Of a stretch of 64,000 nucleotides of DNA, positions 14,511 to 26,208 are shown piece after piece (position 1 is the stretch's first letter; every line of letters starts with the position of its first letter). The stretch is taken from positions 62,001-126,000 of the forward strand of contig CP120454.1 in NCBI GenBank assembly GCA_034226945.1. Direction: 5' to 3'. A program made the position numbers and the translations under genes. The notes under the pieces were generated by a model. The model was not told the origin of the DNA. It searched no databases and saw only the letters and a list, made by a program, of their open reading frames with translations. Origin of the DNA: Picochlorum sp. SENEW3. Its lineage: Eukaryota.

Positions 14511-14749
14511 GAGTCTAGACTCTCGTGTTCCGAAACCACAATGCTCACACTTCAAACGTCAGGTTTGCCACTTCTCCCCCCTGAAAATATTCAAAAATTG
14601 ATAAAATTCGAGATCAGAATCCCACGCCACCCAATGGAGCGTCATGTTGATAAACTTGTTCGCAAAACAAGAGTCCTGCACCAGCCAGGGACTAATGCCC
14701 TACCAGGACAGATTCCCCCATCACGCACCTAAATTGTCACTAATACTGC

Positions 14750-14981
14750 ATTGATTGATAGTACATGGCACCAATGCCATGCCGTTCTCCAAGTACCGGA
14801 TCCAATCAGGACTGGCCTAACTCTAGGATAATGTCCTTGTTTACCTAGATGCTTTCGGTCAACCATGGTGGTTCAAGGTGTCAATCTATCGATTTCAAAG
14901 GGCCATGCCATGGCCCTTTGACTTCTCAGACTATAGCCGCTGCCGGGCATCAGCACGTGGGTGAAGTCAAAAACTTTTTTT
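14750..14981 (+). ncRNA. Candidate structured RNA element of unknown family, ending in T7
   Basis: Perfect 13-bp inverted repeat 14895-14921, stems 14764-14781 and 14813-14861, 9-bp stem 14917-14925/14963-14971, T-run 14975-14981; no credible ORF. Confidence 0.4.
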
Positions 14982-15031
14982 AACATTTGTATCACCGAAA
15001 TACAAATTAGAATATTCAGATAGATATTTGA

Positions 15032-17233
<2,202 letters not shown>

Positions 17234-17825
17234 GATCCTCTTGCATCAAATTCATGCATTATGCCAACGTGTCCGCATGTATCACCCGTGTGGTTTGAGA
17301 AGAGAATAATTATGATTCATTGGAGCATCATCTTGTGGACAGTGTCCATAATTTGGTGATACAATTGTCAGACCAATACTAAGTGAACTGAATAGAAACT
17401 TGCAGCCATAGGACATTTATTCGCCACTGTATCATTTGATTCTTTGTCCACCTCCAGCAATGGAGCAATATATATAATATAGCAACGAGTACGCTATGAA
17501 TGTAAATGTTGGAAAATCCATCTCTTGAACACTGGAGTACCATGGAGTGCCTGCGTTGATGGGAGAGTCTAGATCAAATCGAATGGGCTATCCAAACGGC
17601 CATCATCTTGGAGAATCATCAATGTCGCAAACCTCGCACTCGCGAGATATTCGAATACAAACATTGGCATTGGATACCAAGGTATGCATAAATTGCATCA
17701 CGATCACTCTATATCCAAATTCATAACGCACGGAACTTGTCAGTAGTCGTTTTTGACATCAAAGGCTGCGTTTCTGTCTTCCGAAAGACTGCCGTTGTAG
17801 CACGATCGCTCATTTTCGCAGAAAA

Positions 17826-19445
17826 ATGAATGTTCAAGGAATGAAAACGGAATGCAGTACCGGGCGAAAGAATCTCTCTCTCTCTCGGGTCAGTCGTCGC
17901 GTGCCAGTGTCGACGCTCGCCGGTGTGAGAGTGCGTTCCGAGGGCAATGCCAGAGCTGATTTGGCCCGTGGCTTAATGCCATTGGCATTGGGTAATATAG
18001 GAATGAAAATGCCGGAGAGTAAGAGATCTATTGCCGTCAGTGCTGGCGCTGACCCACCGGACGTCCCAAAGAGGGACGGACGCCAAGGTGGTCGAGAGTG
18101 GCTGCAGTCGATTTTGTCCCGTTTTGGCCCTATCAGAGAGAAATCATCCAATACGACGGTCTTGGACTTTGAGAAGCCCCTCGTTGAGCTTGACAATCGC
18201 ATCAAGGAGGTGAGGACTGTTGCTGAGGAGAATGGGGTCGATGTGACTGATCAGATCAAGGAACTGGAGGAGAGGGCAAGGAAGTTACGCCAGGATACAT
18301 ATTCTCGCTTGACTCCAACGCAAAAGCTCCAAGTTGCTCGGCATCCAAATAGGCCCACTTTCTTAGATATTGCATTGAATATTTCTGATAAATTTGTGGA
18401 GCTTCATGGAGATCGGGGTGGCCTTGATGACCCAGCCCTCGTGTGTGGACTTGGCTCTATTGACGGTGTTTCCTTCATGTTTATTGGTCATCAGAAAGGA
18501 AGGAACACCAAGGAAAACATTTACAGAAATTTCGGAATGCCACAGCCAAATGGATACAGAAAGGCTCTCAGATTCATGAGACATGCTGACAAGTTTGGTT
18601 TACCTATTGTCACCTTCGTAGATACACCAGGAGCGTATGCTGGAAAAAATGCAGAAGAACTCGGACAGGGAGAAGCAATTGCAGTGAACCTTCGCGAAAT
18701 GTTCGGTTTCCGTGTGCCCATCATCTCAGTCGTGATTGGGGAGGGAGGTTCTGGAGGTGCTCTTGCTATTGGGTGTGCAAACAGAAATCTCATTATGGAA
18801 AATTCTGTATACTACGTCGCTTCGCCAGAAGCATGTGCTGCAATTTTGTGGAAATCGAGAGAAAAGGCTGGGGCAGCAACTGAAGCATTGAAAATCACCT
18901 CCTCAGATCTTTTGAGATTCGGTGTCATGGACGAGTCCATCCCTGAGCCACTTGGTGCTGCACACACGGATCCAATGGGAGCGTTCCCAGCCATCAAAGA
19001 GGCTGTCATGAGAAACTATCGTATGTATGAGAACATGTCAGCGGATGAAATCATGCTGGACAGGTACAATAAATTCAGAAAATTAGGCATGTTTGAGGAG
19101 TATCTTGTCAGAGGTGGCGACCGCGAGGGTGCCAAAGAAGCCCTCTCAAAAGCCCCAGGGGCAAAAACCAAGGCCGGAACATATGCGCCAACATCTGATG
19201 ACGCCGAATTCCTTGAGATGATGGCCGACATGGAGGAGAAATGGGAGGCAACCTTGCAGGACAAGCAGGAGTGGTTGATGAAGCCTGAGACCCCAGCACC
19301 TGGCTTCAACAGTCCAGGGCTCTTGGAGCTGGCAGTCGCCGCAGCTGAAGCTGAAGGAAAATCAATTGGAGTAAGCAACTTTTCACAAACAAACGAACAC
19401 GCTGGATCCAATGGGTCATCCTTCGAAAACGCGCCTCTTCATTAA
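17826..19445 (+). CDS. accA: Plastid acetyl-CoA carboxylase carboxyltransferase alpha subunit
   Basis: LDFEKPL, ARHPNRP, ELHGDR, RNFGMPQPNGYRKALR, GEGGSGGALA; N-terminal transit peptide. Confidence 0.97.
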   Translation: MNVQGMKTECSTGRKNLSLSRVSRRVPVSTLAGVRVRSEGNARADLARGLMPLALGNIGMKMPESKRSIAVSAGADPPDVPKRDGRQGGREWLQSILSRFGPIREKSSNTTVLDFEKPLVELDNRIKEVRTVAEENGVDVTDQIKELEERARKLRQDTYSRLTPTQKLQVARHPNRPTFLDIALNISDKFVELHGDRGGLDDPALVCGLGSIDGVSFMFIGHQKGRNTKENIYRNFGMPQPNGYRKALRFMRHADKFGLPIVTFVDTPGAYAGKNAEELGQGEAIAVNLREMFGFRVPIISVVIGEGGSGGALAIGCANRNLIMENSVYYVASPEACAAILWKSREKAGAATEALKITSSDLLRFGVMDESIPEPLGAAHTDPMGAFPAIKEAVMRNYRMYENMSADEIMLDRYNKFRKLGMFEEYLVRGGDREGAKEALSKAPGAKTKAGTYAPTSDDAEFLEMMADMEEKWEATLQDKQEWLMKPETPAPGFNSPGLLELAVAAAEAEGKSIGVSNFSQTNEHAGSNGSSFENAPLH

Positions 19446-19599
19446 CTGGACTGTCATCGTGTCTAATCCCCAGCATTTCTGAAGCGAGGATGAACTTGCA
19501 TTATCATATGACCTTCCAAATTTGTGAGACAAAATTTTATGTAATTATTACACAAAAGAAATATGCATACGTGCTCAAAACTAGCTGCTTCCCATGCTT

Positions 19600-21096
19600 C
19601 TAGACCTCTGAGACATATTGCTTGGAGGTGGCGTAATATGTGGCCTCTGTCTTTGTCTTTCTAGCCTGCCTACTTTCAAATTGCTCTCTGTTCTTTACTA
19701 TTCTTTGAATCAATTTGGCAGACGTCATGTTACTAGGAGACTTCAAATATTTCAATATCTTCTTATCTGAGGTCACCTTGTATCTGTCCAGCTCTGATGC
19801 AGCTTTGCGGTCTGAAATCTCATGCATGGTCCCCCTCACAACAATACTAATGTTGAATGTCTTCAGCAGGTCCTCTGTGATTGTGCTTGGAGCCCCTATG
19901 ATAACTTCATCGGTATACCTACACGCTAAAACACTTAAAGCTCTCTCATGCAAGCCCATTATCGGAAGATGCGCCCCTCTACGCCTTGTCACATCCTCAT
20001 CTGTGTGAATACCAACCAACAAAAAGTCGCCCTCCTGCCTCGCAGCTTTGAGTATCTCAACGTGCCCAACATGAAAGAGATCAAACGCTCCATCAATATA
20101 TACAATTTTTGACCCCGCTGGAGCCACTTTGCCACTCGAGAATTGCACAATCCTTCTCGATGTTGGCATGAATCTGGACACTGTCACAGGCCTCACATCC
20201 AATTCAACGTCAGATGCCTTTTTCCTTGGGGTCACCCCATCGTACGATTCCTTTGATTCACTATAATTATCACATTCATTATCCATATCAACCAGGTTGT
20301 GACGCTGATCTCCATCGTCGTCTTGCCGGTGGCCCATTGAAAAAGCCCTGGTCAAGTCCTCCGTTCCACTCGACAGAAATCTTCGATTATTTCTGGAACA
20401 CATCAGCATTCTCCCTACAATATCCGTCGTGCTCACACCTTCTGTTCTTTTAATCATCATAAATCTTCCAGACTTTTTAGCATACGCGTACGCATCCGTA
20501 CCATCCGGCAAAATACACGGGTCATCTCCATGAATCACATAATCAATCCTATGCTTTGTGAACAGCTCATCCAAAAACTCTGGCGTCAGATCATACGGAA
20601 CCCCCGTCAAAACTTCATCCACCCATTTAACACTCTCCACCAGCTCCAAACGCTCCTTCTCGTTCAACAACGGAGGCCCTTTGCACCGCAAAATCTCTTC
20701 ATCTGGCACCAGCCCCACCACCAGCTCATCTCCAAGGCTCCTTGCCTGCCGCAGCGCATTCGCATGTCCATAGTGCATCAGATCAAAACACCCATCCATA
20801 TATACCCGAATAGGTCGATATCGCCGGCGACGTTTCGCATGCTTTGCCAAAACTTTGCTAAAATACCCAGTCATAGTCCCAGGCCTGTACTGGTAACTCA
20901 GAGGAACATACGTATAATAACTCTCTTTGAGCAAATACCACAACCCAGCACTCGCAGCAGTGAATGTTGCCGCAGCAAGGGCTATTTCAAATGTTTTAAT
21001 CACTGGATCCCTGCTAAGATACCGTGTACTCCCCTCCACAACGGTATGATGCAGCAACCGTGCCAACGTGGTCTCTCTCTCTCGACCCAAACTCAT
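19600..21096 (-). CDS. PECT1: Ethanolamine-phosphate cytidylyltransferase
   Basis: Two cytidylyltransferase domains (DGCFDLMHYGH, DGAFDLFHVGH), RTEGVSTT, N-terminal TM segment. Confidence 0.96.
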   Translation of the reverse strand: MSLGRERETTLARLLHHTVVEGSTRYLSRDPVIKTFEIALAAATFTAASAGLWYLLKESYYTYVPLSYQYRPGTMTGYFSKVLAKHAKRRRRYRPIRVYMDGCFDLMHYGHANALRQARSLGDELVVGLVPDEEILRCKGPPLLNEKERLELVESVKWVDEVLTGVPYDLTPEFLDELFTKHRIDYVIHGDDPCILPDGTDAYAYAKKSGRFMMIKRTEGVSTTDIVGRMLMCSRNNRRFLSSGTEDLTRAFSMGHRQDDDGDQRHNLVDMDNECDNYSESKESYDGVTPRKKASDVELDVRPVTVSRFMPTSRRIVQFSSGKVAPAGSKIVYIDGAFDLFHVGHVEILKAARQEGDFLLVGIHTDEDVTRRRGAHLPIMGLHERALSVLACRYTDEVIIGAPSTITEDLLKTFNISIVVRGTMHEISDRKAASELDRYKVTSDKKILKYLKSPSNMTSAKLIQRIVKNREQFESRQARKTKTEATYYATSKQYVSEV

Positions 21097-21318
21097 CTTC
21101 GAATAACAAGCACGTGTTAACTATTTATTTGAGATGGAAAAGGAAAAAAAATGAATATAACACTCCTGAGATCATCCAGACCTAGACAAACCATGCATCC
21201 ACCATTGTGGACAGCCAGTTGTGGTTTCAGCCCAAAAATGAAGATTTTCCTCTGAAACATACTGCCTCGGCGACTGTGTGAAGACCACAGATCATTCGAA
21301 GCAGAAATAAATATATAG

Positions 21319-21819
21319 ATGCCGACCAGTGTGGTTCGTGGCGTCGCTGTGCTGGATAGAAAAAGCATTCCTCTTGTGACGAAGACGCTGTTCTCTGAGG
21401 ATGGGTTCGCTGTGGAACGGATCATGTTTGCGTCTTTGGACATGCTGGATAGTATTCTGAGTCATCCAAAGCACAGATCAGGTGCAGAAGAGATGAATGG
21501 GGGTGCATTGTCGGAGCAGGATGTGCTTTTGAAGCAAGGTAGTGGTGAGGGACAGCAATGTGGTGTGTATTTGGGATTGTTACTGTCACAAGGAGATATG
21601 AGCGTGTATGGATACTTGACGAGCGTGCAAAAACGAGTGTTGCTTGCTGTTAAAGAAGACAAGGCGCGAGAGAAGATTGGGGATGTGACTCTTCGGGATA
21701 TTTTGGTAGAGATTGGAAGGGTTCATCTGGACTGCTTGGCAAACCCCTTTGGCACCACTAATGAGCAGTTTTCACGAGGCGTGCAGCGTGTGATTGACAC
21801 ATATATCGGGGAAGACTGA
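21319..21819 (+). CDS. TRAPPC2L: TRAPP complex subunit 2-like (sedlin family)
   Basis: ASLDML, YLGLL, VYGYLT, NPF motifs of the longin-like sedlin fold. Confidence 0.8.
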   Translation: MPTSVVRGVAVLDRKSIPLVTKTLFSEDGFAVERIMFASLDMLDSILSHPKHRSGAEEMNGGALSEQDVLLKQGSGEGQQCGVYLGLLLSQGDMSVYGYLTSVQKRVLLAVKEDKAREKIGDVTLRDILVEIGRVHLDCLANPFGTTNEQFSRGVQRVIDTYIGED

Positions 21820-21822
21820 TAT

Positions 21823-23109
21823 CTATTTTTTACGTGATACAACTTTTCGAGTCATTACCTGAAGGGCTGCTCTGCTTGCGTCTGCATCCTCCCCCAGAGA
21901 TGGTGGCAAGTCCTGGAGGGCCCTTGCTGCTTCTGACGCGTGAAATTGGGCGAGATCTTTCGCTTTCTGGATTCCATCACTATTCAATATGAGTTCTAGG
22001 GCCTGATCGATATCTCCCTCTCCTTTGAAACGCCGGCGAACAAGAGGAATGAGATGAGGATGCTGCTCTACAGCAAACAGCACTGGGGCTGTTGCAAGCC
22101 CAGAGCGCATGTCGTTCCCAACGGGTTTACCCAGCTCTTCTTGGCTTGATGTAAAATCAAGTACATCATCTACTAACTGAAAAGCCAAGCCGAGGTGTTT
22201 CCCATACCTCCACGCAGCCATGGACTCATCTGGAGAACACCCAGCCAATACAGCAACACTTTTGCACGAATTCGCAATCAACGATGCCGTTTTATAAAAG
22301 GTCTTCTTCATATAGTGCTCCATAGACAGTATCTGATCATCGGACGTATTCATTTGTAAAATCTCACCGCTCACGAGGTGCTCTAAAACCTGAGACATGA
22401 GCGCAATAACCTCGCTGTTCTGCAATGCTGCTAAACTCACAGATGCCCGCGCGAGAAGAAAGTCTCCTGCCAAAATTGCTACTTTATTACCAAATATGGC
22501 ATTCAATGCCTTGAGGCCTCTTCTACTGTCAGAATTGTCGATGACATCATCGTGCAAGAGAGATGCCACATGTATCAGCTCTGATATCTCTGCAATCCTC
22601 TGCTGTCTCCTCCTCAATTCAACTGGATGCGCACTTGCTGGAGTCACATCTACCTCTAGCATGGAAGGCAGAGGGCCCTGGCGTGATAATCCAGTCGCCA
22701 TAAGAAGCACTATCGTAGACCGCAATCGTTTCCCCTCTTTCCCTGTCTGAAAAAAATACTCTGCAGCCTTCTCCAACACTGGAATATCAGTCAGGATGCA
22801 GTTCCTCAATCTATTCGATACACTATCAATCTCCAATCGCACAAGGGCAAAAGGGTCAACAAACTGATTCTCGTCTCTATTGTTCGTATTCAGTTCGGAG
22901 AGAGAAGCAAACGACCTCATACCATGTGTAGGCCCCACATTGCCCCTTGGCCCAGGCCTTCCGGTTCCTTCTCCCTCGCCATCCGATCGAGACCTGGGAT
23001 CTATATATGCAGAATACGTTTTACGAGAACACGAAACAAGGCCTGCCAGCCTCTCTATCGAGTCCTTGTATAGCAGCGGTCTTTCAACCCACAATTTCGA
23101 CCGCAACAT
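21823..23109 (-). CDS. Trans-long-chain prenyl diphosphate synthase (COQ1/SPS3 type, probably mitochondrial)
   Basis: GKRLR, ELIHVASLLHDDVID, RRG, AILAGDFLL, KTASL, FQLVDDVLD. Confidence 0.93.
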   Translation of the reverse strand: MLRSKLWVERPLLYKDSIERLAGLVSCSRKTYSAYIDPRSRSDGEGEGTGRPGPRGNVGPTHGMRSFASLSELNTNNRDENQFVDPFALVRLEIDSVSNRLRNCILTDIPVLEKAAEYFFQTGKEGKRLRSTIVLLMATGLSRQGPLPSMLEVDVTPASAHPVELRRRQQRIAEISELIHVASLLHDDVIDNSDSRRGLKALNAIFGNKVAILAGDFLLARASVSLAALQNSEVIALMSQVLEHLVSGEILQMNTSDDQILSMEHYMKKTFYKTASLIANSCKSVAVLAGCSPDESMAAWRYGKHLGLAFQLVDDVLDFTSSQEELGKPVGNDMRSGLATAPVLFAVEQHPHLIPLVRRRFKGEGDIDQALELILNSDGIQKAKDLAQFHASEAARALQDLPPSLGEDADASRAALQVMTRKVVSRKK

Positions 23110-23174
23110 GGCTCAATTCGAGAATGGCGACTCTTTCAATCAAATGAAATAATATGCAGTGTCTGAACCAAAAA

Positions 23175-23682
23175 CCTCCCTCCCAATGCGCTGATACAGG
23201 TGGGTAATGACTCTGGAATTCAGCCCTCAAACGTAGAGTATTCAGCCTCTGCTATCCTCCATCGTCACCCATACGATCCACGTGATCTTCAAGTTTCAAA
23301 TGATGATGGTGGATACAGAAGTGCCTTGGGACTGGGAGGGACAGAGTCTCATATCCTTGGAGGCTTGGTGCTGTGGATGCCATCATGGCACTCTGCAGAG
23401 TGGTCAGCCAGCTGACCTGTGCACCTGGCATTGCCAGGCTGGCAGGGAGCATATGGCCCTTCCCCTTACCTGCATGCTTTTGCTTGAGAATTGCTAGCAA
23501 TCCAGTGCCTGGATTGGTTGGGCAGTGAGAGATGATGGTCCATGTGCTCAGATCACTCATCTTCATAAGGTATCCCATCCAAGCAAGCATGCCATGGGAC
23601 TCATTGGAATCAAATGACTTCCTGGGTACCATCTCCTCTCATCCGCTATCAAGACGCCAAAGCATGCCCTTGAGGAAGCAAC
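23175..23682 (+). ncRNA. Candidate large (about 500 nt) multi-branched structured RNA of unknown family
   Basis: At least nine local and nested helices found by eye; G-U pairs mostly favour the + strand; no credible ORF. Confidence 0.5.
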
Positions 23683-23722
23683 TATTATTCAAATTAATCA
23701 AGTAAGTAGCCACTGCATCAAG

Positions 23723-23969
23723 GTATGTTTGTCTTGTGGTTTGGCGAGGCAGCAGTAGCCTCCGGACTTTGGCTGCTGCTGCTGTTCTCAGCAGACGTAT
23801 CCCTCGACCATTGCGCTCTCCTTTGGTATATACATCTGCATAATGTATATAGTAATTGTGATTGCCCATATGCGGGGGAGAAGGCCACGGCGATGTGTAA
23901 AAGGCCGAGCCCGCCGTCACTTCCATTTGGACGACTGTGGAATTCATCGCAGTTTTCTCTATTGTGTAG
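23723..23969 (+). other. Probable 5'-UTR intron of RPS2
   Basis: Donor AG|GTATGT at 23723 (alternative GTAAGT at 23702); pyrimidine tract and TAG acceptor at 23969, 10 nt before the ATG. Confidence 0.6.
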
Positions 23970-23979
23970 GTATTGAAGA

Positions 23980-24762
23980 ATGGCTGACGCACCAAGTGGA
24001 GATCGTGGAGGTTTTGGAAGGGGATTCGGAGGACGTGGAAGAGGACGTGGACGTGGCCGTGGACGTCGCGATGGTGACGGCGAGGAGAAGTGGGTTCCAG
24101 CCACCAAGCTTGGACGTCTTGTGCAGCAGGGAAAAATCAAGTCATTGGAGCAGATCTATCTCTTCTCTCTGCCAGTGAAGGAGTACCAGATCGTAGACTA
24201 CTTCTTGGGAACTGCCCTCAAGGATGAGGTGATGAAGATTATGCCAGTGCAGAAGCAGACCCGTGCTGGACAGCGTACACGTTTCAAGGCATTCGTGATC
24301 GTTGGGGACTCCAACGGACACGTAGGATTAGGAGTCAAGTGCGCCAAGGAGGTGGCAACTGCCATCCGCGGTGCTATTATTTTGGCCAAGACAGCATGCA
24401 TTCCAATTCGAAGAGGATACTGGGGTAATAGAATCGGAAAGGTGCATACCGTGCCAATGAAGGTTACTGGATACTGCGGTAGTGTGACAGTGCGTTTAGT
24501 CCCAGCCCCACGTGGTGCTGGAATTGTTGCTGCCCGTACTCCAAAGAAGGTGTTGCAGATGGCTGGTATTGAGGATTGCTACACCGCCTCTCGTGGATCC
24601 ACCAAGACTCTCGGAAACACAGTCAAGGCTACTTTCTATGCCCTCGCCAAGACATATGGGTTCTTGACTCCAGATCTCTGGAAAGAGACTGCCTTGACAA
24701 AGTCTCCTCTCCAGGAGTACACTGACTTTTTGTCAAAGCCAGTGGTCAGTGGAAAGCAGTAG
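23980..24762 (+). CDS. RPS2: 40S ribosomal protein S2 (uS5)
   Basis: RG-rich N-terminus, [29 protein letters not shown]. Confidence 0.99.
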   Translation: MADAPSGDRGGFGRGFGGRGRGRGRGRGRRDGDGEEKWVPATKLGRLVQQGKIKSLEQIYLFSLPVKEYQIVDYFLGTALKDEVMKIMPVQKQTRAGQRTRFKAFVIVGDSNGHVGLGVKCAKEVATAIRGAIILAKTACIPIRRGYWGNRIGKVHTVPMKVTGYCGSVTVRLVPAPRGAGIVAARTPKKVLQMAGIEDCYTASRGSTKTLGNTVKATFYALAKTYGFLTPDLWKETALTKSPLQEYTDFLSKPVVSGKQ

Positions 24763-24861
24763 TTTCTTTGTTTCCTTCTTTGGACGATATACAACAATAT
24801 AGGGTATTATTGTAATATGTAGAACATCTCATCAAGATACTCACTCTGCTCTGCAGATGGA

Positions 24862-25230
24862 TTATTCCTTCTTCACCAGGAGAGGACCCACATTGTCACC
24901 TGCCTCCTCATTGTGCTTCACATGCTGCCCTGCAGATGCATGATACAATTATACCCTACTATGCGATGGCTGTTATGCGTCAATCAGGGACGTACCATCG
25001 CACATTGGAAAGGTCTTGCTTCTCCAGCAACGGCAGTACGCAACCTGCTTCTTGTCCTGCTCAGATACATCGACTGTATCCACAACTTTGGCCTCCTCCT
25101 TTCGGATATCTGGGTTGATTGGACCACTGCGTACCACAACCCGCTTCTTGGATTGCAGATGAAGATTCTTCGAAACCACAGTGCCACCGATTGATGGGCC
25201 ATGGATGGATATCGTACGTGCTTGCATCAT
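24862..25230 (-). CDS. NEET: CDGSH 2Fe-2S NEET protein, plastid; intron 24930-24995
   Basis: YCRCWRSKTFPMCD|GQHVKHNEEAGDNVGPL (3Cys-1His) assembled across the intron. Confidence 0.95.
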
Positions 25231-25413
25231 TGTTCTCTTATAAATAGTATTATTAAGAATTTAAATACTGTACCCCTAGCGAGGGTGGCAGAGTGATTTG
25301 TCAAAGTTCATCGGGCGCCCCTTTGGATCAGTGGCCACGAGTGGTTGCAGGGTCTGGATGCCATGATGAGGGATATTTTCGACATTCCGAGACCATAATT
25401 AATACTATTGATA

Positions 25414-26200
25414 ATGTTTGCGAGTTCTTTTTGCCCAGAGAGAGTTGTTGTTGGTGTACAGAGACCAGTTCAGGCGACAAGGTCCTGTCGGTCTGTGACA
25501 CAGTATCGCACACCATTCCTGCCCCAGAGTGCTCGAATTGGTTCAAGAAAATACCATCATGGTCTTGAGAATGCAATATACAGCCCATCGGTAGTCAGCA
25601 GTCGCCGGTCGCTCAACGTCAGAGCAAGAGGATATAATAGTGGTTCTCCAGGGGTGCCGGATCGAGTAGTGGGGGCATTGCCATACCTTCTTCCATTGTT
25701 TGATGGCCTGAGATATGGAAAGTTCCTATTTGTCCAGTTTCCTGTGCTCGCGAATGTCATCGCGCCGCTCAACCCATTGATCCAGCTGTACTTTTCTGTT
25801 CCTTTTGCCAGCTTGGCAGCATTCTTTGCAGGTGTGTGACTTTTTCTTTCATGTTATATCGTTTGCCCTTCTGACAGAGCATGAAAATCATATACATCAA
25901 TGTATTATTATTGCAGTGTATTTGCTCATCATTAACAATTACAATTGGCCAAGGAATGTCAGATTCAATGGCATGCAAGCAGTGTTGCTTGACATCATCC
26001 TCATCTTGCCTGGATTGCTGGAGAATGTTCTCAAGATACGCCCAATGGGGGGTATTGGATTACAAATATATATCCAAATCTACAATGCCATCTTTCTGTT
26101 TATTTTTGCCGCAGTCGTGTATGGAATAGTCAGCAGCATGATTGGCCAGACTGCCAGGATCCCCCTGGTGGCCGATGCTGCTGACAATCAGGTTCGATAG
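25414..26200 (+). CDS. TIC20: Tic20/Ycf60 family chloroplast inner-envelope protein; intron 25832-25916
   Basis: DRVVGALPYLLPLFDGLRYG, VRFNGMQAVLLDI, IPLVADAADNQV. Confidence 0.93.
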
Positions 26201-26208
26201 TACACAAC

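Noticed and set aside
11032..14555. Split or frameshifted genes (SSIII, Obg, Tic20, TAM41, ALG10, NUS1)
   Set aside because: All are resolved by canonical GT-AG introns.
14890..14935. TPP riboswitch-like CTGAGAAGTC...CCCTTTGAA on the minus strand
   Set aside because: The CCTGA/TAAT/GCGNAGGGA half is missing and neither neighbour is a thiamine gene.
21819..21823. Convergent stop codons only 3-12 nt apart (also 37257/37269, 26200/26209, 57081/57094)
   Set aside because: Overlapping 3' UTRs recur throughout this compact window, so they are not locus-specific.
23175..23682. RNase MRP/P or telomerase identity for the large structured element
   Set aside because: CCCAGGAAGTC on the minus strand only partly matches MRP CR-I and has no good P4 partner; CCCTCAAAC is not a valid TTTAGGG template. 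Left unassigned.
23880..23920. U5 snRNA loop-like GCCTTTTAC and U2-like CTCGGCCTTTT on the minus strand
   Set aside because: The loop is not closed by a proper stem, there is no Sm site, and there is no U2 branch-pairing GTAGTA sequence.
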